A stretch of DNA of 64,000 nucleotides from an uncultured Gammaproteobacteria bacterium (GTDB lineage: Bacteria; Pseudomonadota; Gammaproteobacteria; Steroidobacterales; Foliamicaceae): assembly GCA_951828235.1 (NCBI GenBank), contig OX639965.1, forward strand, positions 515,191 to 579,190, in the 5' to 3' direction. The first letter of the stretch is position 1; each line of letters begins with the position of its first letter. Shown one piece after another: positions 1 through 8,526 of this stretch. The notes beneath the pieces are model-generated. The model did no database searches and was not told the origin of the DNA. It worked only from the letters and a program-made list of their open reading frames with translations. A program made the position numbers and the translations under genes.

Positions 1-483
1 ATCGCAGACCGACATGGCCTGAAAGGTGTCGCCGTAGTAGCCTCGCCGTATGGTCAGCAGCCGGGTCCGGCCCTTGATGCCGCGGGCGCGCCAGTACTGG
101 AGGGCCATCTTGATCGCTACTTCCACCGCCACCGAGCCGGAATCGGAGAAAAACACCCGGTCGAGGTCGCCGGGAGTCATATCGACCAGCCGTTGCGCAA
201 GACGAATCCCCGGGGCATGCGTAAGCCCCCCGAACATCACGTGCGGCATAAGCGATATCTGCTCGCGCGCGGCGCGGTTCAGCACCGGATGGTTGTAGCC
301 GTGGATTACCGACCACCACGACGACATCCCGTCGATCAACTCCCGCCCGTCCGCAAGCGTCAGGCGCACGCCGCGGGCGGAGGCCACCGGATAGACCGGC
401 GTCGGTTTCCGCATGGATTCGTATGGATGCCAGATGTGCTGCCGGTCGAATTCCAGGTCAAGGTCAGACGGGCCGCTGCTCAA
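1..483 (-). CDS. bioA: Adenosylmethionine-8-amino-7-oxononanoate aminotransferase, 5' part (runs off the window)
   Basis: Manual minus-strand translation (absent from the ORF track): [10 protein letters not shown]...[15 protein letters not shown]...[22 protein letters not shown]...GYYGDT. TTG start overlaps the bioD stop (TTGA). Confidence 0.93.
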   Translation of the reverse strand, partial: MSSGPSDLDLEFDRQHIWHPYESMRKPTPVYPVASARGVRLTLADGRELIDGMSSWWSVIHGYNHPVLNRAAREQISLMPHVMFGGLTHAPGIRLAQRLVDMTPGDLDRVFFSDSGSVAVEVAIKMALQYWRARGIKGRTRLLTIRRGYYGDTFQAMSVCD

Positions 484-1091
484 AGCGCGATCCTCGCGGC
501 CTGAATCCTGACCTGTTTGCGCGAAACCGGCCGCGGCAGCGCCGGCAGATCCAGCAGGCACGAAAGACCGGTCACTTCAAGAATAACGCTGCGGCTGTCC
601 GGATTGGGTTCGCCGCTGAAAACGATCCCGGCCAGCGGCAGTCCCCGTGCCCGAAGCGCTTCGACGGTCAGTAGGGTGTGATTGATGCTGCCCAGGTAAT
701 AGCTCGCAACGACAACCACCGGCAGGCCCCAGTCTTCCATGAGATCGGTGTTCAGCACATCCTTCGCCACCGGCACATGCACACCGCCCGCCGACTCCAC
801 AACCAATGGCCGGTCGATGCCGGGAAGCTGAAGCCGCGCCCGCTTCAGCGTCCTGCCTTCTCTTGCGGCGGCCGCATGAGGTGACATGGCCGCCTGCAGC
901 CGATAGGCCTCGGGCAGGATCCGGACGCGCTCATTCGTGACCAGCCGCCGCGCCTCCATGGCGTCGGTATGCGCCAGCCCGCCCGCCTGCACCGGCTTCC
1001 AGTACGCCGCCCCCAGCCGCTCCGCAAAAAGCGCGGCGACCAGCGTCTTGCCGACGCCCGTCCCAATCCCCGCAATCGCGTATCCCCGCAT
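480..1091 (-). CDS. bioD: Dethiobiotin synthase
   Basis: P-loop [35 protein letters not shown]; bio operon context. Confidence 0.95.
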   Translation of the reverse strand: MRGYAIAGIGTGVGKTLVAALFAERLGAAYWKPVQAGGLAHTDAMEARRLVTNERVRILPEAYRLQAAMSPHAAAAREGRTLKRARLQLPGIDRPLVVESAGGVHVPVAKDVLNTDLMEDWGLPVVVVASYYLGSINHTLLTVEALRARGLPLAGIVFSGEPNPDSRSVILEVTGLSCLLDLPALPRPVSRKQVRIQAARIAL

Positions 1092-1177
1092 CTATCCGGA
1101 AGAACAGTGGCGGACCATTAGTGCCGCAATGCACCAGGCCCGCCGGGACCGGGAACGGCCGCCCCGGCGAATGCGCT

Positions 1178-1726
1178 TTAGCGGCCCGGTGAAGAAACGG
1201 GCGCGCCGCGCTTCGCTACGCTCAGGCTCTCAAGCATCGCAACGATGTCCTCCGCGGCGGTGTCGGCGTTCACTTCCCGGTCAACGGCAAGTATCATCCC
1301 GTCCGTTCCGATGTAGAACGTCTCGCGTCTGGTGAAGCCGAAGCTGCTCATCACTTGATAGGCTTCGGCGACCTCTTTGGTCTCGTCGGACAGGATCGGG
1401 AAATCCGCGCCGTACTTGTTTGAGAACGCCGTGTTGTCCTCGACTGAGTCCACGCTGGCCATGAAGTAGCTGACCTTGAATTCGCGGATCCTGTCGCCGT
1501 TCTCCGTCAGGGACTTGCATTCCCTAGTGCATCCCGGCGTATCGGCCTTCGGAAACCAGGCGAGCACGACCGGGCCGTCCTTCAGGAGTTCCGACAGCGA
1601 ATGGTCGTTTCCGTCCGAGCCGGGGAGCGTCCAGTCCGGCGCCGGAGAGCCGACGTCGAGTGAGCCGACGGCGGCACAGGCAGCGCCCGCAAAGGCAAGC
1701 GCGCAAACAGCCAGGATCTTTTTCAT
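1178..1726 (-). CDS. Peroxiredoxin (BCP/PrxQ-like) with N-terminal signal peptide
   Basis: WFPKADTPGCTREC (PxxxTxxC); hydrophobic leader MKKILAVCALAFAGAACA; ATGA overlap with the bioF stop. Confidence 0.88.
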   Translation of the reverse strand: MKKILAVCALAFAGAACAAVGSLDVGSPAPDWTLPGSDGNDHSLSELLKDGPVVLAWFPKADTPGCTRECKSLTENGDRIREFKVSYFMASVDSVEDNTAFSNKYGADFPILSDETKEVAEAYQVMSSFGFTRRETFYIGTDGMILAVDREVNADTAAEDIVAMLESLSVAKRGAPVSSPGR

Positions 1727-2904
1727 GAGTGGTTACCGTTTGTTGGCAAGGGAGGGACGCCGATTATATCGGGCATCGCTTCGTCCACCGCCGCGAACAG
1801 GAGGTCGATTTCCGCCTTGGTGTTATGCGCGTGCAGACACACGCGAATTCGCTCCTCGCCCGCAGGAATAGTGGGTGCGCGGATCGGCAGGGCGGCAAGT
1901 CCCCGGCTGCGAAGAAGGCCGGCTACCCGAGTTGCACGGCGGGCGCCGGGCACCCGCAAACACTGAATCCAGGACTCGCTCGGCAGCCAGGGCCACGGCG
2001 ATTCCGCCACGCGCTCCCGAAAATAGGACACGTTGCCCCGCAATTGCTCCCGTTCCGCATTCATCTGCGGAAGCAGTTCGTATGCGGCTTGCACGCTTGC
2101 CGCCCAGAGGGGGGAAACGCCGGTGGAGAACACAAACGAACGGGCAAAATTCACCAGGTAGTCGCGCAGGTCCTTCGAACACAGCACGGCGCCGCCCTGC
2201 AAACCCAGCGCCTTGCCGAAAGTCACCACCCGGGCCAGCACCTGTTCCTGGAGTCCGGCGGCCGCCACGCCGCCACGCCCCGCAGGTCCCAGCACCCCGT
2301 TGGCATGCGCCTCGTCCACCACGACGGCCGCGTCATGCCGTTTTGCGAGAACCGCGATTTCGTCCAGCGGCGCGAAGTCGCCATCCATCGAATAGACCGT
2401 TTCCACTACGATCGCGGTGCTTGCTCCGGTTTCCAGCGCCCCGAGCCTGGCTCCGAGATCGCGCATGTCGTTGTGTGCGAAGATGACCCGTTTCACTCCG
2501 CTCAGGCGGCCGCCGTCGATGGCGCTGGCGTGTAGCAGACGATCGCAGACCAGCGTGCTCACCACTCCGCCCAGGCTAGCCAGCAGGCCCAGGTTGGCGG
2601 CGAAGCCGCTGGAAAAAACCAGCACGGCCCCGGACGAGTAGAACTCGGCGAGCCGGGCCTCCAGCTTCGCGATCCCGGCGTGGTTCCCGGAAATCAGCCG
2701 GGACCCGGTGGCGCCCTGCGGCACGTCGCCGTCGGCGGCGAGCGCGGCTATTCTGCGGCGCAGGCGCCGGTCGCGGGCCAGACCCAGGTAGTCGTTGGAA
2801 CAGAAGTCCACGCCGTTGGGCGCCGGCTCCAGGCTACGCCGCAGGCCGGCCATTTCACGCTCCCTGAGCGCCTCCCGTATGGCGCGCAGTGCCGCAGCGC
2901 TCAT
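1723..2904 (-). CDS. bioF: 8-amino-7-oxononanoate synthase
   Basis: FCSNDYLGLA, TGSRLISGNH, SSGFAAN, YSMDGD, DEAH, TFGKALG; start moved to ATG 2904, which overlaps the bioB stop. Confidence 0.95.
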   Translation of the reverse strand: MSAAALRAIREALREREMAGLRRSLEPAPNGVDFCSNDYLGLARDRRLRRRIAALAADGDVPQGATGSRLISGNHAGIAKLEARLAEFYSSGAVLVFSSGFAANLGLLASLGGVVSTLVCDRLLHASAIDGGRLSGVKRVIFAHNDMRDLGARLGALETGASTAIVVETVYSMDGDFAPLDEIAVLAKRHDAAVVVDEAHANGVLGPAGRGGVAAAGLQEQVLARVVTFGKALGLQGGAVLCSKDLRDYLVNFARSFVFSTGVSPLWAASVQAAYELLPQMNAEREQLRGNVSYFRERVAESPWPWLPSESWIQCLRVPGARRATRVAGLLRSRGLAALPIRAPTIPAGEERIRVCLHAHNTKAEIDLLFAAVDEAMPDIIGVPPLPTNGNHS

Positions 2905-3872
2905 TGAGGTATGTGCGTGTCCTGCTGCCGGTACGGCTCTCTCGCGGTAAGGCCCAGAAGCTCGAGCAATCCCTCGTCGCTGTCGAACGAGGGGTTTGGC
3001 GTGGTAAGCAGTTTTTCGCCGGTGAATATCGAATTGGCGCCGGCCAGGAAACACAGGGCCTGCTGCTCGGGGCTCATACGCGAGCGCCCGGCGGACAAAC
3101 GCACCATGGCATTCGGCATGAGCACGCGCGCGGTGGCGATCATCCGGACCATTTCCCAGGTCGAGACCGGCGGGCAGTCCTCCAGGGGCGTTCCGGGCGC
3201 CGGGACCAGCGCGTTGACCGGAACCGACTCCGGAGGACTGGGCAGCGTTGCAAGGGTGTGCAGCAGGTCGATGCGCTGATTTACTGTTTCGCCCATCCCG
3301 ATAATGCCCCCGCAGCACACGGAAATGCCGGCCTTGTGTACGTTGGCAACCGTCTCCAGGCGGTCGTCATAGACGCGCGTGCCGATGATCTCGGGATAGA
3401 ACTCGCGGCTGGAATCGAGGTTGTGGTTATACGCATACAGGCCCGCTTCCTTGAGGCGCTGCGCCTGCGACTCGGTGAGCATGCCGAGGGTGCAGCAGAC
3501 TTCAAGCCCCAGGTCGCGGACGCCGGAAACCATCTCCAGCACCTCGTCGAAGTGGCGATTGTCGCGCACTTCGCGCCAGGCGGCGCCCATGCAGAACCGG
3601 GTGCTTCCCGCCGCCTTGGCTTCCCGCGCGGCTTCGAGCACCGCGTCAAGTTTCAGCAGGCCGTGCCGGTCGATGCCGGTGTGGTAACGGGCCGCCTGCG
3701 GGCAATAGGCGCAATCCTCGGGGCAGCCGCCGGTCTTGACCGACAGCAGCGTGCAGAGCTGTACTTCGCCCGGAGCGTGATGCTCACGGTGCACCGTGGC
3801 TGCCCTGTACACCAGGTCCAGCAGCGGCGAATGGTAGATCGCCGCGACGTCCGCCCTTGCCAAGTCCGACAT
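2901..3872 (-). CDS. bioB: Biotin synthase (radical SAM)
   Basis: KTGGCPEDCAYCPQ (CxxxCxxC), RFCMGAAW, YNHNLD, CCGGIIGMGE, SVPVN, VRLSAGR; GGAGG RBS. Confidence 0.97.
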   Translation of the reverse strand: MSDLARADVAAIYHSPLLDLVYRAATVHREHHAPGEVQLCTLLSVKTGGCPEDCAYCPQAARYHTGIDRHGLLKLDAVLEAAREAKAAGSTRFCMGAAWREVRDNRHFDEVLEMVSGVRDLGLEVCCTLGMLTESQAQRLKEAGLYAYNHNLDSSREFYPEIIGTRVYDDRLETVANVHKAGISVCCGGIIGMGETVNQRIDLLHTLATLPSPPESVPVNALVPAPGTPLEDCPPVSTWEMVRMIATARVLMPNAMVRLSAGRSRMSPEQQALCFLAGANSIFTGEKLLTTPNPSFDSDEGLLELLGLTAREPYRQQDTHIPQ

Positions 3873-3881
3873 GTTCGCCTC

Positions 3882-5450
3882 CTAGTGCCGTATCACAGGT
3901 GTATCCCGCCGCCCGAGGACGGATGGCGCCAGCAGTTCATCGTACCGGCCTCGTCCAATCATCGCGCCGGGACTGCGGTCTGCAAGCGATACTACAACGA
4001 TTACCAGGGCCGCGGCCGGAATCGAGAACAGCCCCGGATAAATCCACGGGAAGGGCGCGTTCTCAAGCCCCAGGGCACCTTCCCAGACGGCCGGACTCAG
4101 CGCCAGCAACACCACCGAAACGACCATGCCCACCCAGCCGCCGATGATCAGCCCGCGTGCGCTGGCGCCGCGCCAGAACAGCGCAGCAACCAGCGCCGGC
4201 GTGTTCACGCTGGCGGCCACGGTAAAGGCGAGCGCGGTCAGATAGGCGACGTTCTGTCCCCGAAACTGAATCCCCAGCGCCACGGCCACCACGCCCAGTC
4301 CCACGACGCTGATGCGCGACGCCCGGACTTCCGTCCTGTCGTCGGCACGGCCACGCTTGAGCACGCCAGTATAGAGATCGTGCGCCAGGGCCGCAGCGGC
4401 GGCCAGCACCAATCCGCAAACCACCGCCAGCAGCGTGGCGAAGGCCACCGAAGCCATGAATCCCAGAAGCAGGTTGCCGCCGATGATCCGCGCCGCATGC
4501 ATGATCGCCATATTGGTACTGCCGATCATTCCGCCCTGCTCGTTCAGGATCTCCGTATTCCCGGCCAGCAGTACGATGATTCCGAGCCCGGTAATCCAGA
4601 GCAGCAGCGAAAAAGTCACGATGTAGCCGGTGGCGTACACCGCGGAGCGGCGGGCCTGTCTGGCGTCGGGCACCGTAAAGAAGCGCATCAACAGATGCGG
4701 CAGCCCCACCATGCCGACCAGCCCGGTCAGGACAAACGCGAAGATCGAGATCCTGTCGGGCAGGAACTGACCCGGGCTCAGCCACTCCTCGCCCCGCTGA
4801 TGCACGCGCGCCGCCGACTCCAGCAACGATAACGGACCCTCGCCCAGGTTCAGCATGAGCAGGGCAAGCAGCACCAGGATCGACATCATGAGCAATACGG
4901 CCTTGGTCATCTGCACCCAGGTGGTCGCCAGCATTCCGCCGACGCTTACATAGAGCACGGTCAGGCCACCCACCATGGCGACGGCATAGGGATAGCGGAT
5001 TCCGAACAGCACCTCGAACAGCGCGCCGCCCGCCACCATCTGCGATATCAGGTACAGGACCGCGGCCACCAGCGTCCCGGTGGCCGCCAGCACGCGGATC
5101 GAGGTTTCGCGAAAGCGTGCCGACAACACGTCCACAAAGGTATAGCTGCCCAGGTTCCGCAGCCGTTCCGCGAGCAGGCACATCAGCAGCGGGTAGCCGA
5201 CTGCCCCGCCCGTCATGTATATGAGGCCATCGTATCCGTCCGTGTAGATGACGGCGGTCACGCCCAGCAGCGTTCCGGCGGAAAGATGGTCCCCCGCGAT
5301 CGCCAGCCCGTTGCTGAAGCCGCCGATCGAGTGCGAAGCCGCATAGAACTCCGAAGATGAACGCGTCCGCCGACCCGCCTGCCAGGTGATCAACAGCGAG
5401 GCCCCGAGGATCAGGACAAACGTGAGGATGGAAGCCAGGTTAGGCGCCAT
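3882..5450 (-). CDS. Sodium:solute symporter, ActP-like
   Basis: NGLAIAGD, GGMLATTWVQ, GLPHLLMRFFTVPDARQARRS, AFATLLAVVCGL; many TM segments; preceded by DUF485. Confidence 0.88.
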   Translation of the reverse strand: MAPNLASILTFVLILGASLLITWQAGRRTRSSSEFYAASHSIGGFSNGLAIAGDHLSAGTLLGVTAVIYTDGYDGLIYMTGGAVGYPLLMCLLAERLRNLGSYTFVDVLSARFRETSIRVLAATGTLVAAVLYLISQMVAGGALFEVLFGIRYPYAVAMVGGLTVLYVSVGGMLATTWVQMTKAVLLMMSILVLLALLMLNLGEGPLSLLESAARVHQRGEEWLSPGQFLPDRISIFAFVLTGLVGMVGLPHLLMRFFTVPDARQARRSAVYATGYIVTFSLLLWITGLGIIVLLAGNTEILNEQGGMIGSTNMAIMHAARIIGGNLLLGFMASVAFATLLAVVCGLVLAAAAALAHDLYTGVLKRGRADDRTEVRASRISVVGLGVVAVALGIQFRGQNVAYLTALAFTVAASVNTPALVAALFWRGASARGLIIGGWVGMVVSVVLLALSPAVWEGALGLENAPFPWIYPGLFSIPAAALVIVVVSLADRSPGAMIGRGRYDELLAPSVLGRRDTPVIRH

Positions 5451-5763
5451 CGGGACTGTTCCAGTCGTGGCGCTGCCTGATTTGTGCGCGCAAGGGCGTC
5501 AGCCGGCGGGTACTGAGCGCAGCATAGGTGGCCGTGGCGGCGAACCAGCCGATCAGGCCCAGCACGTTCCAGACCAGCCCGACAGTAACCCAGCGGCCAG
5601 GCACAAGGCGAATGTCGAGCACTGCCGGCCAGTAGGCCATCACCACGCCCAGGCTTACGTAAAACGCCACCACGCTGCCGGCAATGGCAAAGGCATAGCG
5701 CCGCTGAAGACGGCGCAGCCGGATGAAGTCCGGGTCCTGAACGAGTTCCGCTACGGTATTCAC
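5440..5763 (-). CDS. DUF485 (YjcH-like) small membrane protein
   Basis: 107 aa with two TM segments and PDFIRLRRLQRR N-terminus; overlaps the symporter start, the usual DUF485-actP arrangement. Confidence 0.8.
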   Translation of the reverse strand: MNTVAELVQDPDFIRLRRLQRRYAFAIAGSVVAFYVSLGVVMAYWPAVLDIRLVPGRWVTVGLVWNVLGLIGWFAATATYAALSTRRLTPLRAQIRQRHDWNSPDGA

Positions 5764-5768
5764 CGTTC

Positions 5769-5820
5769 CTGGGAGAGAGGGCGTCTCGCCCTCTGGAGGT
5801 CGGGACGACCTCCCTCCCGG
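5769..5820. repeat. REP-like palindromic element, copy 1 (intergenic)
   Basis: ctgggagagagggcgtctcgccctctggaggtcgggacgacctccctcccgg; homologous to the copies at 27310, 28883 and 52245. Confidence 0.8.
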
Positions 5821-5821
5821 A

Positions 5822-6274
5822 CTACGCTTCGAGGATGCAATACAGCACGATCAGGTGGCCGTCGTGATCGAGCATGCCGATCTCGCGGCCCACGCGACCG
5901 TCGTGCGTACGCAGCGTTTCCTCCGGAAAGACATGCAGGCCTTCGGCGCGCGCGCCCTCCACGACGGCGTCGATATCGTCCACTTCCAGCACCAGCGCGT
6001 GGCTGCTCGGCAGGTTGGGCTCGGGCAGTTCCACGCCCTTGATCTCGGTCAGCGCCAGGCTGCGAACCTGATCTTTGGAACTGAGCGCGGCGAACCCGGT
6101 CGTGGCTTCCCGAGGGATCTGGAACACCGTAAACGAATACGATTCAGGGCGGTGCCCCAGGGTGAAATCCAGCTTAAAGCCAAGAATGTCGCGGTAGACG
6201 CGATAAGCGCGTTCCAGGTCGGCGACAACGAGATTGGTGCGTTGCACGCGCACCGGAAGATCACTGGTCATCAA
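5822..6274 (-). CDS. VOC/glyoxalase family protein
   Basis: RTNLVVADLERAYRVYRDILG, LVLEVDDID, MLDHDGHLIVL. Confidence 0.8.
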   Translation of the reverse strand: MMTSDLPVRVQRTNLVVADLERAYRVYRDILGFKLDFTLGHRPESYSFTVFQIPREATTGFAALSSKDQVRSLALTEIKGVELPEPNLPSSHALVLEVDDIDAVVEGARAEGLHVFPEETLRTHDGRVGREIGMLDHDGHLIVLYCILEA

Positions 6275-7771
6275 TCATTTCCCCATCTTGAGCATCGGAA
6301 AATCGGTGAGCGGGATGCTCACCGTCTTGGGTTCGGTGAAGAACTCCAGGCTGCCCCTGGCGCCGTCCCGGCCGATGCCGGACTGCTTGTAGCCGCCGAA
6401 GGGCGCCCGCAACTCGCGGTAGATCGGCGTGTTCACCCAAATCGTGCCGGCGCGAAGCTCGCGCGCCGCCCGCATGGTTACGTTGAGGTCCTGCGACCAT
6501 AGGTAGGCCACCAGGCCGAACTCCGAGTCGTTGGCGATGCGGAGCGCCTCGTCCAGGTCTTCGTACACCAGGAAAGTCGCAAACGGGCCGAAGATCTCTT
6601 CCTGGCAGATGCGTGCTGAGTTGTCGTCGGCGAGAACGGCCGTCGGTTCCACGAACCAGCCCTGCTCCATGCCCTCGGGCCGACCCCCGCCGGTCAGCAA
6701 CTTCGCGCCTTCCTCGCGCGCCAGGTCCGCGTACGACAACACGCGGTTCATGTGGTTCTCGTAGCACAGCGGTCCGATTTCGGTCTCCGCCTTGAGCGGG
6801 TCGCCGATGCGAAGCTTGCGGGACCGTTCCACGAAACGCTCGATGAACTCGCCGGCAATCGACTTCTGCACCAGGATGCGCGAACCCGCCAGGCATTGCT
6901 GGCCGTTGCCGGAGAAGATGCCGATCAGCGAGCCGTCCAGCGCGCGGTCGAGATCGGCGCTCTCGTGCACGATGTTGGCGGACTTGCCGCCCAGTTCCAG
7001 CAGCACCGGCTTGAGCGACTTGCCGGCCTCCGACATGATGATCTTTCCGGTCTCCGATCCCCCGGTGAATCCCACCATGTCCACCTCGGGATGCGTGACC
7101 AGGGCCGTGCCGGTAACCGGCCCCCGGCCGTTGACGAGGTTAACGACGCCCGGCGGCAGGCCGGCCTCGTGAAAAATCTCGACCATCCGCTGCATCGAGT
7201 GCGGAGTGTATTCGGACGGCTTCAGCACGCAGGTGTTGCCGAAGGCGATGCAGGTGGCCACTCGCATCGAAGCCAGCGGTATCGGGGCGTTCCACGGCGC
7301 CATCATGGCGCCCACGCCGACCGGCTCGCGGGTCACGTAGGTCAGGTAGTTGGGATTCTGCGTATAGACCTCTCCGGATTCCTGGCTCAGGACCTCGCCG
7401 AAGAACTCGAAGTTGTAGGCGGCGCGCGCCACGTGCATGGCGCGGACCTGGCTGATGGGCACTCCGGTGTTGAGGCTGTCCAAAAACTCCAGTTCCTCGC
7501 GGTGCCTGTGCAGCGCCTCGTGCATCGAGCGGAATATCGCCTTGCGCTCGTCGGCGCCCATGCGCGGCCAGGGGCCCGTCTCGAAGGCCTTGCGCGCCGA
7601 GCGCACGGCGGCATCGACTTCCTGGGCATCGGCCTCGCGCAGAACGCCGTTGGGTTCCTCGCTGGCCGGGTTGACGATCGGAAAGTCCACCCCGCGCCGC
7701 GACACACCCACGGATTCGCCGTCGATGATGCTGGTTACGCGCTCGCGCACGTCAAATGCCACGTCAGTCAT
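6275..7771 (-). CDS. Aldehyde dehydrogenase (resembles hydroxymuconic-semialdehyde dehydrogenase type)
   Basis: PWNAP, LKPSE, FTGGSETG, LELGGKS, GQQCLAGSR, EEIFGP, PFGGYKQSG. Confidence 0.92.
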   Translation of the reverse strand: MTDVAFDVRERVTSIIDGESVGVSRRGVDFPIVNPASEEPNGVLREADAQEVDAAVRSARKAFETGPWPRMGADERKAIFRSMHEALHRHREELEFLDSLNTGVPISQVRAMHVARAAYNFEFFGEVLSQESGEVYTQNPNYLTYVTREPVGVGAMMAPWNAPIPLASMRVATCIAFGNTCVLKPSEYTPHSMQRMVEIFHEAGLPPGVVNLVNGRGPVTGTALVTHPEVDMVGFTGGSETGKIIMSEAGKSLKPVLLELGGKSANIVHESADLDRALDGSLIGIFSGNGQQCLAGSRILVQKSIAGEFIERFVERSRKLRIGDPLKAETEIGPLCYENHMNRVLSYADLAREEGAKLLTGGGRPEGMEQGWFVEPTAVLADDNSARICQEEIFGPFATFLVYEDLDEALRIANDSEFGLVAYLWSQDLNVTMRAARELRAGTIWVNTPIYRELRAPFGGYKQSGIGRDGARGSLEFFTEPKTVSIPLTDFPMLKMGK

Positions 7772-7779
7772 GGCGGGCG

Positions 7780-7785
7780 AGCATA
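7780..7785 (-). promoter_or_regulatory. Putative -10 box TATGCT (leaderless start of the aldehyde dehydrogenase operon)
   Basis: TATGCT-N8-ATG with no SD. Confidence 0.45.
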
Positions 7786-7917
7786 AAGAATCCAGGCCGC
7801 CTAATCAATTCACGCGATTGCACGGAGCTTGACAATACAGCCCCGTCAGCAGTAAGAATGCGCTTCAGAAGGATCGGTCACAGGGACTGTCCGGGTAGAT
7901 ATTCAAGGAGGATCAAA

Positions 7918-8466
7918 ATGACCGGGGAATCGTTTGATACGCATGAGGCGATACAGACACTTGAAAGGGCCGGCTGCCCCGCCGAACAAGCGGAGGCCAT
8001 GGTTGCCGTCGTGACTCAGGCCACCGCACCCACTGCACAGGTAATCAAGGATCTGGAACGCATCCGGCTCGTGGTGGAGACCAAAATGGCCACCAGGGAA
8101 GACGTAGCGGAACTGCGAACGGAGATGCACGAGGGCCTGGCGGGCCTGCGAACGGAAATGCACGAGGGCCTGGCGGGCCTGCGAACGGAAATGCACGGGG
8201 GCCTGGCGGGCCTGCGCGCCGAAAATAAGGGAGATGCGGCTGAGCTTCGGGCTGACTGGAGGATTGATCTGGCAGAGCTTCGAACGGAAACGCAGACCGG
8301 ATTTGCGGATCTCAGTGCGCGCCTGAACAGGGTCACTGAGAGCATGATTACGCGGGGCGAGCTGTATCGCGCCCTGTGGATACAGGGTGGCGTGCTGGCC
8401 ACGCTCATTCTTTCGCTTGCGGCCATTACGCTGGGATTCGCGCTATTCGTTTTGACGGGGTCCTGA
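7918..8466 (+). CDS. DUF1640/CCDC90-like coiled-coil protein with C-terminal membrane anchor
   Basis: FDTHEAIQTLERAGCPAEQAEA head, MATREDV neck, hendecad coiled coil, hydrophobic C-terminus; AGGAGG RBS before ATG 7918. Confidence 0.8.
   Translation: MTGESFDTHEAIQTLERAGCPAEQAEAMVAVVTQATAPTAQVIKDLERIRLVVETKMATREDVAELRTEMHEGLAGLRTEMHEGLAGLRTEMHGGLAGLRAENKGDAAELRADWRIDLAELRTETQTGFADLSARLNRVTESMITRGELYRALWIQGGVLATLILSLAAITLGFALFVLTGS
8113..8217 (+). repeat. 33-bp in-frame tandem repeat, 3 copies plus a partial
   Basis: ctgcgaacgga(g/a)atgcacg(a/g)gggcctggcgggc x3, encoding LRTEMH(E/G)GLAG. Confidence 0.95.
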
Positions 8467-8526
8467 AGACTCAAGCGAACACAAGCTCCGGGTCGGACGG
8501 TCGCCCCGTTGCCCGGCCATGAGAAC

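Noticed and set aside
1500-1560. Selenocysteine in the peroxiredoxin active site
   Set aside because: Both Cys codons are TGC; no in-frame TGA.
2905-3318. N-terminal extension of bioF in the ORF track (likewise for leuS, cysS, pmbA, TonB receptor, amidohydrolase 2)
   Set aside because: Extensions run through upstream genes or the riboswitch; coupled or RBS-supported downstream starts fit better.
7829-7859. TTGACA promoter for the DUF1640 gene
   Set aside because: The -35 is perfect, but the best -10 candidates (TAAGAA, AAGAAT) lie at 18-19 bp spacing and are weak; not listed as a feature.
8113-8217. 33-bp repeats as a CRISPR array
   Set aside because: No spacers, in frame within a CDS, and no cas genes.
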